This document shows positions 30,204 through 38,551 of a DNA stretch of 64,000 nucleotides, piece by piece. The first letter of the stretch is position 1, and each line of letters opens with the position of its first letter. A program made the translations under genes and the position numbers. Source of the DNA: Anaerolineaceae bacterium. Its GTDB lineage: Bacteria > Chloroflexota > Anaerolineae > Anaerolineales > Anaerolineaceae. Where the stretch lies: positions 1,222-65,221 of the forward strand of contig PWSY01000101.1 in assembly GCA_003563055.1 (NCBI GenBank), in the 5' to 3' direction. The notes under the pieces are model-generated. The model made no database searches. It saw only the letters and a program-made list of their open reading frames with translations, and had not been told where the DNA came from.

Positions 30204-31646
30204 ATGAAAAAAAAACGTAACCACAAGATTAAAATTGCACTTCTTGAAAACCGCAACCAGGTCATTTATATCCTGTTAATCCTCCTTGATATCATCACGA
30301 TTAGCAGTGCTGTTCTCTTTTCAGCAGGCTTACGCATTCTCCTCCAGCCCCTGCTAGGCGGCCTTGTTAATTGGCCGTTACTTCTCAACGGATTGATCTT
30401 TTTTGTCATCTTTAATGTCTTCTTTGCATGGTTGAACGGCCTCTATCCCGGGTTTGGACTCGCCGCTGTTCATGAAATGCAAAAAATTCTGTATGTGGTC
30501 ACCCTGGCATCCATATTCCTGGGGGTATATCTCTTCTTGCAACAATTAGGGTTGGCATATTCCCGTATTATTTTTGTGCTCACCTGGTTCATGTCAACGC
30601 TATTCATGATGCTGGGCCGCTTTGCATTGCGGAACCGGTTCTCTCGCTTTAATTGGTGGGGAATTCCAATGGTGATCGTTGGCTCTCGTGGAAATTCAGC
30701 ACCGATCATTGAAAAATTAATTCAGCCCCGCCGTTTGGGGTTTCGCCCTGCTTTTTATTACGACCCAACCTTTCAATCATCCGAACCAATCCATGGCGTT
30801 GAAGCCATTAAAGACAAGGAGTCATTAAAAAAACTAGCCCTGGAAACTGGCATTCAGCATATAATGCTCACGGACCCCTTTGACAACCTACTCTCCTTTA
30901 ACTTTCATTGGATGCGGGACGTTTTTCCAAACATACTGTTCGTTCTCAATACAGCACCCTTTGGTTCCCTTTGGGTTCGTCCTATCGATCTCCATGGAAC
31001 ATTAGCCATTGAAACAAATTACCATCTGCTCAATAAAAGAGAAACGATCATCAAACGTGTTTTGGATATGTTCCTCACGCTTTTGTTGTTATTGGTAAGC
31101 TGGCCAATTTTCCTCTTCCTGGCGATCCTGGTGCGCCTGGATTCTAGGGGCAGGATCCTGTACACCCAGAAACGATTGGGACAGAACGGATCTCAGTTTG
31201 ACAGCTATAAATTTAGAACGATGTTTGAGAACGCCGATGAAAAACTTCAAGAAGTGCTGGAAAATGACCCTAAAGCAAAACAGGAATATCAAACATATCA
31301 TAAATTAAGCAATGACCCGCGAGTAACTCGTTTGGGAAAATTCCTGCGGAGATACAGCCTGGATGAATTACCGCAACTGATCAACGTGCTCAAAGGGGAT
31401 ATGAACCTGATCGGCCCCCGCAGCTACCTGCCGATGGAACTGCCTGTCATGGGTGAATTTGCCAACATCATTTTAAAAGTCAAACCAGGAATCACTGGCT
31501 GGTGGCAGGTGATGGGCCGGAATGCAACTTCTTTCAAACATCGGCTACAACTGGATGAATACTATATCAGCAACTGGTCTATCTGGCTTGATATTTATAT
31601 CATGATCAAAACAGCCTGGGTATTAATTAAAGGTGAGGGACTGTAA
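30204..31646 (+). CDS. wbaP: Undecaprenyl-phosphate hexose-1-phosphate transferase (WbaP-like)
   Basis: N-terminal TMs; [52 protein letters not shown]. Sugar specificity not determinable. Confidence 0.88.
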   Translation: MKKKRNHKIKIALLENRNQVIYILLILLDIITISSAVLFSAGLRILLQPLLGGLVNWPLLLNGLIFFVIFNVFFAWLNGLYPGFGLAAVHEMQKILYVVTLASIFLGVYLFLQQLGLAYSRIIFVLTWFMSTLFMMLGRFALRNRFSRFNWWGIPMVIVGSRGNSAPIIEKLIQPRRLGFRPAFYYDPTFQSSEPIHGVEAIKDKESLKKLALETGIQHIMLTDPFDNLLSFNFHWMRDVFPNILFVLNTAPFGSLWVRPIDLHGTLAIETNYHLLNKRETIIKRVLDMFLTLLLLLVSWPIFLFLAILVRLDSRGRILYTQKRLGQNGSQFDSYKFRTMFENADEKLQEVLENDPKAKQEYQTYHKLSNDPRVTRLGKFLRRYSLDELPQLINVLKGDMNLIGPRSYLPMELPVMGEFANIILKVKPGITGWWQVMGRNATSFKHRLQLDEYYISNWSIWLDIYIMIKTAWVLIKGEGL

Positions 31647-31746
31647 CCCATATTCTTCCCAGTACATTGACGCATTGAAAATAAGGTAAAATTTTGCCAG
31701 TATCAAGAATTAGTCATTACTGCTGTTTCAATGAAGGACGTTAATT

Positions 31747-33021
31747 TTGAGATTTAATACCATATGTGTAATCGGGATGGGTTATATCGGGTTGCCAACC
31801 GCCAGCATCTTTGCCAGCAATGGCGTCCAGGTAACCGGCATAGACATAAACCCGGATATAATCGAAGGCTTGCAAGCCGGGAAAATACACATCTTTGAGC
31901 CAGGTTTGCGCGGACTCGTGCTGGATGCGGTGAACAGTGGCAGACTGAAGATATCCAGTGAGGTCAACCCCGCAGATGCGTTTATCATTGCAGTGCCCAC
32001 GCCTTTCTATGAAAACAAAAACGCTGATTTGCGCGCTGTCGTTCAGGCAAGCGAGTCAATCCTTCCTCACCTGCAGCCAGGCAATCTGGTGATCCTGGAA
32101 TCTACATCTCCGCCCCGGACGACCATCGATATCGTCAGCCCCATCCTTGAAAAAAGCGGACTCAAAGCAGGCGATGATTTCTTGCTAGCGTATTCTCCCG
32201 AGAGGGTGCTGCCAGGCCGAATCTTACGTGAACTGGTAGAGAACCCGCGGGTGATCGGTGGGGTTGATCTCCGTTCTGCAGAAGCAGGGCGTGATCTTTA
32301 TCGTCAATTTGTCAAGGGAGACATTATCCTGACCGATGCCACCACGGCCGAGATGGTCAAATTGATGGAAAACACATCTCGCGACATCAACATTGCCATT
32401 GCCAATGAGTTTTCTCGCCTGGCAGAAGCCTTCGATGTGGATATCTGGGAAGCTATCAATATCGCAAACCTGCATCCCCGGGTTGACATCCTTCGTCCGG
32501 GGGTAGGTGTCGGTGGGCATTGCATCAGTGTTGATCCGTGGTTTCTGGTAGAGGCCGCCCCGGATGCCGCGCAGCTGATCAAAACGGCTCGTCTGGTCAA
32601 TGACGGGCAACCCGCGTTTGTGGCTGAAAAGATAAATCAGATTTCTGGCGGTCTCCGTGGCAAGCAAATCGCTTTTTTGGGCCTGACATTCAAACCCAAT
32701 GTGGATGATCTACGCGAAAGCCCGGCTGTCGAGCTGGCGCATCATTTACGACATTCTGGCGCGAGAGTCACTGCTTATGAGCCTTTCAATAAAGACCGGC
32801 AATTGCCAGGGATTAATCTCACGGACACCCTGGAAGCCGCCTTGAAAAATGCCCATTTAATTGTCCTAGGGGTAGCACACAACCAGTTCAAAGACCTTGA
32901 CCCAATCAAGATCCGCCAGATGACAGATGCAGTTCAGGTATACGACTCGGTCAGGGCCTGGGACAAAGCAGCCTGGGAGGGTGCCGGGTTTGCATTTTTT
33001 GGATTGGCAAGAAAATATTGA
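31747..33021 (+). CDS. wecC: UDP-N-acetyl-D-mannosamine dehydrogenase (nucleotide-sugar dehydrogenase)
   Basis: GMGYIGLP, IAVPTP, ESTSPP, PERVLPG, KLMEN, GVGGHCI, GLTFKPNVDDLRES. Confidence 0.88.
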   Translation: MRFNTICVIGMGYIGLPTASIFASNGVQVTGIDINPDIIEGLQAGKIHIFEPGLRGLVLDAVNSGRLKISSEVNPADAFIIAVPTPFYENKNADLRAVVQASESILPHLQPGNLVILESTSPPRTTIDIVSPILEKSGLKAGDDFLLAYSPERVLPGRILRELVENPRVIGGVDLRSAEAGRDLYRQFVKGDIILTDATTAEMVKLMENTSRDINIAIANEFSRLAEAFDVDIWEAINIANLHPRVDILRPGVGVGGHCISVDPWFLVEAAPDAAQLIKTARLVNDGQPAFVAEKINQISGGLRGKQIAFLGLTFKPNVDDLRESPAVELAHHLRHSGARVTAYEPFNKDRQLPGINLTDTLEAALKNAHLIVLGVAHNQFKDLDPIKIRQMTDAVQVYDSVRAWDKAAWEGAGFAFFGLARKY

Positions 33022-33190
33022 TTTCACAATAAGGCTTTACAAAAGCCAATCTCATGAAAGCTAACCCTTTAAAATAATAAACTTGGCACTTACTCAACAC
33101 TCAATTTGTCGACGATAAAGAAACGGACCCATAATCCAAAATAACTTAAACAAGCTTTGAGGAAGCCTAAGAAAGGAACAGGAGGAAACT

Positions 33191-33955
33191 ATACTCGGCG
33201 CAATGATCGGTGATATCGTGGGGTCTGTCTACGAATGGGACAATATCAAAACCACGGATTTTATGCTTTTTAAACAAGGCTGCAAATTTACGGATGATAC
33301 TGTGCTGACGGCTGCAACGGCTAAAGCGCTGATGACCAGCACACCTTATGCAGAAGTCTACCAGGACTTCGCCAGGCGGTATCCAGGTCGGGGGTATGGG
33401 GGGTATTTCAATCAGTGGATACACCAGGACAATCCACAGCCATATAACAGTTGGGGGAACGGTTCGGCCATGCGGGTCAGTCCGGTAGGCTTTGCGTTTA
33501 ACAGCATCGAGGACGTGTTGACTGAGGCTGAACGCAGCGCGGCTGTCACTCATAATCACCCGGAAGGCATTAAAGGCGCGCAATCAACGGCCTTGGCCAT
33601 CCTCCTGGCAAAGCAGGGGGCGTCAAAGGACAGAATTCGGGATGAAATCAGCAACCGCTTTAACTATGAACTGTCTCGAACCCTGGATGAGATCCGCCCA
33701 AACTATGTCTTTAACGAATCTTGCCAGGGCACTGTCCCAGAGGCAATCAGTGCTTTCCTTGAATCGGAGGATTTCGAAGATGCCATTCGAAAAGCCATCT
33801 CATTGGGGGGTGACAGCGATACGCTTGCGTGTATCACTGGTGGAATTGCGGAAGCTTTTTATGGTGGCGTGCCTGAAAAAATTGCGGCAGAAGCTCGTCT
33901 TTATCTCCCGGATGAATTCTTAAACATCATCGAAGACTTTCAATCCTGGGTGTAG
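33191..33955 (+). CDS. ADP-ribosylglycohydrolase family protein
   Basis: (I/M)LGAMIGDIVGSVYE, FTDDT, SWGNGSAMRVSP, THNHPEG, GGDSDT. Homology and RBS point to ATA at 33191; first ATG is 33203. Confidence 0.92.
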   Translation: MLGAMIGDIVGSVYEWDNIKTTDFMLFKQGCKFTDDTVLTAATAKALMTSTPYAEVYQDFARRYPGRGYGGYFNQWIHQDNPQPYNSWGNGSAMRVSPVGFAFNSIEDVLTEAERSAAVTHNHPEGIKGAQSTALAILLAKQGASKDRIRDEISNRFNYELSRTLDEIRPNYVFNESCQGTVPEAISAFLESEDFEDAIRKAISLGGDSDTLACITGGIAEAFYGGVPEKIAAEARLYLPDEFLNIIEDFQSWV

Positions 33956-33977
33956 GACAGGGAGACGAATAACCTAT

Positions 33978-35291
33978 TCATTGCGTGGCACAGGCAATAC
34001 ATGGGTCAAAAGCGCGCACAACGCGTCCAACAGCTTTCTCTAATTCCAGGTCAATTCCTGCAGGGGTTATATACCGTTCTCCAGCGACCTTTAATGCCCT
34101 TTCAATCGCCAGCATATTGTGGACTGTGGGGATGATGAACTCAACATCTTCGATCAAACCATCCTTGACCTTATAATGGTGAATCAAGGGGCCACGCGGC
34201 GCTTCCACCAGGCCGTAACCTTCACCATCATGGGGTGTGTAGGGGATGGCTGTATCCTCGTAGTCCAGGTCTTTTGAGAGCAATTCAATAGCCCGCTCAA
34301 AGGCATACACCAATTCGATACCCCGGCATAGGTCAAACAACAGGATTGGATGGGCTGGCTTTCCAAAGGTATGGGTTAATTTCTGTAAGTATTCATCTGC
34401 CAGGGGTGTCCCCATGGAAAGGGCCAGGTTGACCCGTGCCAGGCTGTTCGCCCGCATCACCTGCCCCTGATAACTGGATTGACCGGCATAACTGTATTCT
34501 GTTTCATCATATTCCAGGTATGACCGGAAGAGCCTTGGCGGAAAGCTGGCGCGTTCTGTGCCATCTGGTCCCAGCACGCGGATTTCATCGCTATTAAACG
34601 ATGGATGACTGCGACCTGTTGAGGCAATATAAAAGGCTGGCTGATCGTCGCCCCAAGTGCCGATCCGTTCCTTCATGGAAATTGACATATCCCAATAGGT
34701 ATCAAAGAGGTGGCATGCGACGGGCAGCATTTCATCCAATGCCTTTAGCATCCCATCAGCAGCCTCACGCTTGATCCCACTGGTCACACCACCAATGACA
34801 GCTTTTATGGGGTGGATGAATTGCCCGCCAGCCAGGGTGATCAGATCCGTCCCGATCTGGCGGATTTTCAAGGAACGCTGCGCCAGGCTGAGCTGCTGTT
34901 CGGCGTTTGCTTCATCTTGATCCATATGAAAGAGGCTGCTGGCGCCCACCCGGTCAGGCATGGTAAAGATAAACAGGGAGGTGGCCTGGTTTTGGATGAG
35001 CTGTCCGAGCAGAAGCACTTCCCGAATCTTCGAGGCAAGCTCGGGCGGCGTGACCTGATATACATCTTCAAGCGCTTTTACAGAAGCCACATGATGCGCA
35101 GTCGAACACACCCCACAAATGCGCGGCACGATCACCGGCATTTGCTCGGCAGGTGTGCCAATCATAAAAAAACGGAAACCGCGCAGTTCAATTGCCTGGA
35201 ATTGGGCGGTTTTCACCTGTCCGTCCAATACCTCCATTTCGACACGGGCATGACCTTCGATTCTGCTTAGCGGAAACCTGAGTGTTGTCAT
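33978..35291 (-). CDS. [NiFe]-hydrogenase large subunit, cytoplasmic group 3-like
   Basis: SRIEGH, RGF, L1 PRICGVCSTAH, EAPRGPLIHHY, L2 RAFDPCIACATQ. Confidence 0.9.
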   Translation of the reverse strand: MTTLRFPLSRIEGHARVEMEVLDGQVKTAQFQAIELRGFRFFMIGTPAEQMPVIVPRICGVCSTAHHVASVKALEDVYQVTPPELASKIREVLLLGQLIQNQATSLFIFTMPDRVGASSLFHMDQDEANAEQQLSLAQRSLKIRQIGTDLITLAGGQFIHPIKAVIGGVTSGIKREAADGMLKALDEMLPVACHLFDTYWDMSISMKERIGTWGDDQPAFYIASTGRSHPSFNSDEIRVLGPDGTERASFPPRLFRSYLEYDETEYSYAGQSSYQGQVMRANSLARVNLALSMGTPLADEYLQKLTHTFGKPAHPILLFDLCRGIELVYAFERAIELLSKDLDYEDTAIPYTPHDGEGYGLVEAPRGPLIHHYKVKDGLIEDVEFIIPTVHNMLAIERALKVAGERYITPAGIDLELEKAVGRVVRAFDPCIACATQ

Positions 35292-35292
35292 C

Positions 35293-36162
35293 TTAAAGCA
35301 CCTTTTCTTTCAGTCGGGGTGGACGGCCGCCATCCAGATAGTCAGCAAATTGGAACAGGAACAAAGACAGCTGTGGTGAGTGGAGTGCGCGGTTTATTTC
35401 ATCCGGCGGGATATCCGTCAGCCTCTCAAATACTTTTTGGACTCGGTCAAACCAGACCTGGGATTCCTTTTCAATGTACGCATTGGAAGGTCCCCGGCAC
35501 CCAACACAGGGATGGCCCGGAATCGTACAAATGGCCCGGCATCCCCCCCGGGTGGAAGAACCGACACATAAATACCCCTGGTTAATCAGACAAATGTCTG
35601 GGGTGACCTCCCCCTGCTGAAATCCCAGTAAGTGCTTGGGGCGCATTTCCTTTAACTTCTCCCGTCCGCATTCGACACAAACCGTACTGCCGGCCTGGTA
35701 ATCCTGCGGCCCTGATAAGGCTGCCATAAAGAGCTCAGGTGTGGGCGGGCAGCCTGGCAGGTACAGGTCAACGTCCACAAAGGCATCCACCGGATGGCTC
35801 TTGGGTAGCAAATGCGGCAGGTGATGGCGGTTGTCTTGGGCCGTGAACATGGCACGTACCTCGTCTCGATCACCCAGGTTTGCCACCCCGCCGGAGATGG
35901 CACAGGTGCCTACGGCAATCACCTGATCGACCAGCTCAGTCGACCGCCGCAGGTTATACACATCCTCATCATTCCGAACACCCCCGCTGACCAGCAAGAT
36001 CTCCGTATCATCCGGTACGGTGTGCGTTGAAACGACCAGGGGCATGTAGACCAACTGGTATTTATCCACCCATTCGCTGGCATTGATCAAGGAAACCTCA
36101 CAACCTGCACAACCTGAAAGCTGCAGTACGGCAAAGCTGGGAAGCGTTTTTTTCTCGGACAT
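35293..36162 (-). CDS. [NiFe]-hydrogenase small subunit (MvhG/HydD-like), no Tat signal
   Basis: SGCAGC, GTCAISGG, PGCPP, plus distal Cys clusters CVEC, CLINQGYLCVG, CRAIC, PCVGCRG. Confidence 0.9.
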   Translation of the reverse strand: MSEKKTLPSFAVLQLSGCAGCEVSLINASEWVDKYQLVYMPLVVSTHTVPDDTEILLVSGGVRNDEDVYNLRRSTELVDQVIAVGTCAISGGVANLGDRDEVRAMFTAQDNRHHLPHLLPKSHPVDAFVDVDLYLPGCPPTPELFMAALSGPQDYQAGSTVCVECGREKLKEMRPKHLLGFQQGEVTPDICLINQGYLCVGSSTRGGCRAICTIPGHPCVGCRGPSNAYIEKESQVWFDRVQKVFERLTDIPPDEINRALHSPQLSLFLFQFADYLDGGRPPRLKEKVL

Positions 36163-36192
36163 AACCGAATTGTCCTTTCCAGAATGGGACAG

Positions 36193-36222
36193 TTATCCAC
36201 ATTTATCCACAACTGTGGACAA
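36193..36222. promoter_or_regulatory. Cluster of three DnaA boxes
   Basis: TTATCCACA (36193-201), TTATCCACA (36203-211) and inverted TGTGGACAA (36214-222, 1 mismatch). Confidence 0.75.
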
Positions 36223-36378
36223 TAAAGGGCAAGGAAAATAAGAGCGTGTCCTTATTTTACTGCAAAACCTCACAGGCAGACTTGAGCAGGCACCCACCGA
36301 CCCGCAGGGGTACAAGACTGGGTTGAGGTATGCTACAATGAAGCGTTGAAAAACAGCCAACACCAAGAAAAGGACTCA

Positions 36379-37179
36379 ATGAAACCAACCCTGAATTTCT
36401 TGAAAGAAATCGCTTCTGTAGCAGGGGATATCATTCAACAGTATGTGGGTGATGACCTGAATATCGAACATAAAGGCCGCACAGACCTGGTGACCATCGC
36501 AGATCATGACTCAGAGGCCTACCTGATCGACGCGATCCATGCCGCCTTTCCAGACCATGCCATCATCGCTGAAGAGTCAGGTGGCAAAGAAGGTCAGGCG
36601 GATCATCAATGGTATCTTGACCCCCTGGATGGCACGCTGAACTATGCCCACGGCCTGCCGATCTACTGTGTTTCAATCGGCTATGCCTTTAAAGGTCAGA
36701 TGACCCTGGGGGTGATCTACGACCCCACCCGGGAGCATTATTTTTGTGCCCAGCGCGGACAGGGCGCCACATTAAACGGCAAACCCATTCACGTCTCTGG
36801 TTATTCCAACCTGATCGATTGCCTGCTTGTCACCGGTTTCCCCAATGACGTATGGGACACACCAGAGGATAACACCGCCAATTTCTTCCAATTCACCAGG
36901 CGAGCACAAAGCGTCAGACGCTTGGGATCGGCAGCATTGGATATTGCCTATGTTGCTGCCGGCTGGTTGGATGGCTTTTGGGAGGTAGAAATCTTCCAAT
37001 GGGACATTGCTGCGGGCGGCCTACTGGTTCAGGAATCGGGTGGTGTCGTAACCGATACCTTTGGAAACCCGGATTATATGAAAAAACCGGTCTCCATCCT
37101 GTGCGCAAACGCGGCCATCCATGCCCAAATGCTGGAAGTTTTGGCCGAAGTCCGGGAACGTAACTGGGCAGAAAAGTAA
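36379..37179 (+). CDS. suhB: Inositol monophosphatase family protein
   Basis: DLVT.AD, AEES, WYLDPLDGTLNYAHG, RRLGSAALD, WDIAAG. Alternative TTG start at 36346. Confidence 0.9.
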   Translation: MKPTLNFLKEIASVAGDIIQQYVGDDLNIEHKGRTDLVTIADHDSEAYLIDAIHAAFPDHAIIAEESGGKEGQADHQWYLDPLDGTLNYAHGLPIYCVSIGYAFKGQMTLGVIYDPTREHYFCAQRGQGATLNGKPIHVSGYSNLIDCLLVTGFPNDVWDTPEDNTANFFQFTRRAQSVRRLGSAALDIAYVAAGWLDGFWEVEIFQWDIAAGGLLVQESGGVVTDTFGNPDYMKKPVSILCANAAIHAQMLEVLAEVRERNWAEK

Positions 37180-37180
37180 A

Positions 37181-37243
37181 GGGTGATGGGGAGTGGGCGT
37201 TGGGTGGTGGGTATTGGGTATCGGGTACCGGGAATTGGGATTT
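37181..37243 (+). repeat. GGGN4 heptamer array (9 units)
   Basis: gggtgat ggggagt gggcgtt gggtggt gggtatt gggtatc gggtacc gggaatt gggattt, 1 nt after the suhB stop. Confidence 0.9.
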
Positions 37244-37251
37244 ATCGGTCA

Positions 37252-37278
37252 GGTGAGTTGGAGCAAGACCAACCCACC
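37252..37278. repeat. REP-like hairpin related to the element at 39908
   Basis: GGTGAGTTGG-agcaaga-CCAACCCACC. Confidence 0.5.
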
Positions 37279-37581
37279 AAAACAGGCCGCCTGGCTTAAC
37301 AGATTCGAGCAATCAGACATAAGGCAAACAATTATGGGTGGGTTCAATAGAGGAACACACGCGAAAAAAACTGAAAACACAGAAAAAGATCACTTGTATA
37401 AACGATCATAAGCTTGAAAGCATAAAACAATACTTACCCAACTTGACATGACACGATCTGATCATATATCATTTAGATAAGAAGGGTCGTCCATACTAGT
37501 TTTGTGAGGTTATTCAAGCAGGTCTGTGCTTGTTCTGGAAGAAGTTTCGATAGACTACGTTATTTTGATAAAAATAGGAGC

Positions 37582-37947
37582 ATGATGAACACAAACCAGA
37601 ACCTGAAGCGGTTATTTGTGATTATGGTGACTATGCTATTGTTTATGGCCTGCTGGGCGACATCTATCCAAAAATTGCCAGCAGAGGAAGGTGCCAGTTC
37701 CTACGGTGCGCTGGACATGGCTGGCAATGTGTGGGAGTGGGTGGCAGACTGGTATGGTGCCGACTATTACACAATTTTGTCCGATGAGAACCCAACCGGG
37801 CCAGACTCAGGCGATTATCGTGTTGTGCGCGGCGGTTCGTGGTTCAATGGTGTTTGGTTTCTGCGGGTTTCAGCCCGGGATAAATTCAATCCAGAATTCT
37901 CGTACTATTACCCTGGATTTCGCTGTCTGCATCCGACTGACTCTTGA
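37582..37947 (+). pseudogene. Truncated FGE/SUMF1-like domain protein with lipoprotein-like signal
   Basis: AGGAG RBS; hydrophobic leader ending FMAC joined almost directly to the C-terminal part of an FGE-sulfatase domain (GASSYGALDMAGNVWEWVADWY, RVVRGGSW, GFRC). Confidence 0.6.
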
Positions 37948-38188
37948 AATTATTAAGGGGCTGACAAAAAATCTTTCATAACTTAAGTTTGGCATAAAAC
38001 AAACTCATTTCCAGGTGGTGCACTTGCTCTGCATCTGGCCAGGCTTTGCGTGCCAATTGCCAGTCAAAGCAGTTGGACTACCCTTTTTGCTTCTTAGAAC
38101 ATGTTGGGTATTGGGAGCTGGATCTTAGCCACAAAATGACGCGTATTGATATATTTGATGAATTAGGTTGTCATGCTGCTGGTTTTCA

Positions 38189-38386
38189 TCAAGACTTTTT
38201 GATCGTTGACAGCTCAAAGGGAAGGTACAGGGGGCAAAAGCTAACCAGGCTGGTGAGCAAGAAAACGATCGCAAACACACCCAGGATGACCGCCAGGGTG
38301 CCAGAAATCACATTTGTGAAATAAAGCACTGCCACCAGACCACACCCCCTTTCTTACGGAGAAAGACTGCCTGAGTAGTTACCCAT
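38189..38386 (-). pseudogene. DUF2892 (YgaP-like) membrane protein, disrupted
   Basis: MGNYSGSLSP*ERGCGLVAVLYFTNVISGTLAVILGVFAIVFLLTSLVSFCPLYLPFELSTIKKS. The C-terminal part fits the family (FCPLY..F..ST); in-frame TAA at codon 11. Confidence 0.7.
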
Positions 38387-38489
38387 TTTTTTCTTTTTTA
38401 GATGCCGTTTTCTATTATTGGTTACACTGAGAATCAGCCGGCGGGACTTATAAATATGTTGAGAGGGATTCCAGCCTTCAAACTTCATG

Positions 38490-38517
38490 GGAACAAATGG
38501 GATAGGTTCTTCGTCTA
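38490..38517 (+). promoter_or_regulatory. ECF sigma-type promoter of the serpin gene
   Basis: GGAAC-17 nt-CGTCTA, 35 nt upstream of the ATG. Confidence 0.55.
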
Positions 38518-38551
38518 AGTTCTGGAAGAAAAATAGAAAATTGGAGGAGTC

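Noticed and set aside
29150-33021. AT-rich glycosylation genes as a mobile island
   Set aside because: Lower GC is normal for polysaccharide genes; no mobility genes or flanking repeats were seen.
33978-33980. TGA after ATQ read as selenocysteine ([NiFeSe] enzyme)
   Set aside because: Sec would replace the first Cys of DPCxxC, which is TGT here; I saw no SECIS-like hairpin after the TGA.
33191-35291. DraG-like control of the neighbouring hydrogenase by ADP-ribosylation
   Set aside because: The genes are convergent, there is no DraT-like transferase, and the glycohydrolase is of a common stand-alone type.
37193-37411. 72-aa ORF MGVGWWVLGIGYRELG
   Set aside because: It is a translation of the heptamer array and hairpin, with no RBS or recognisable domain.
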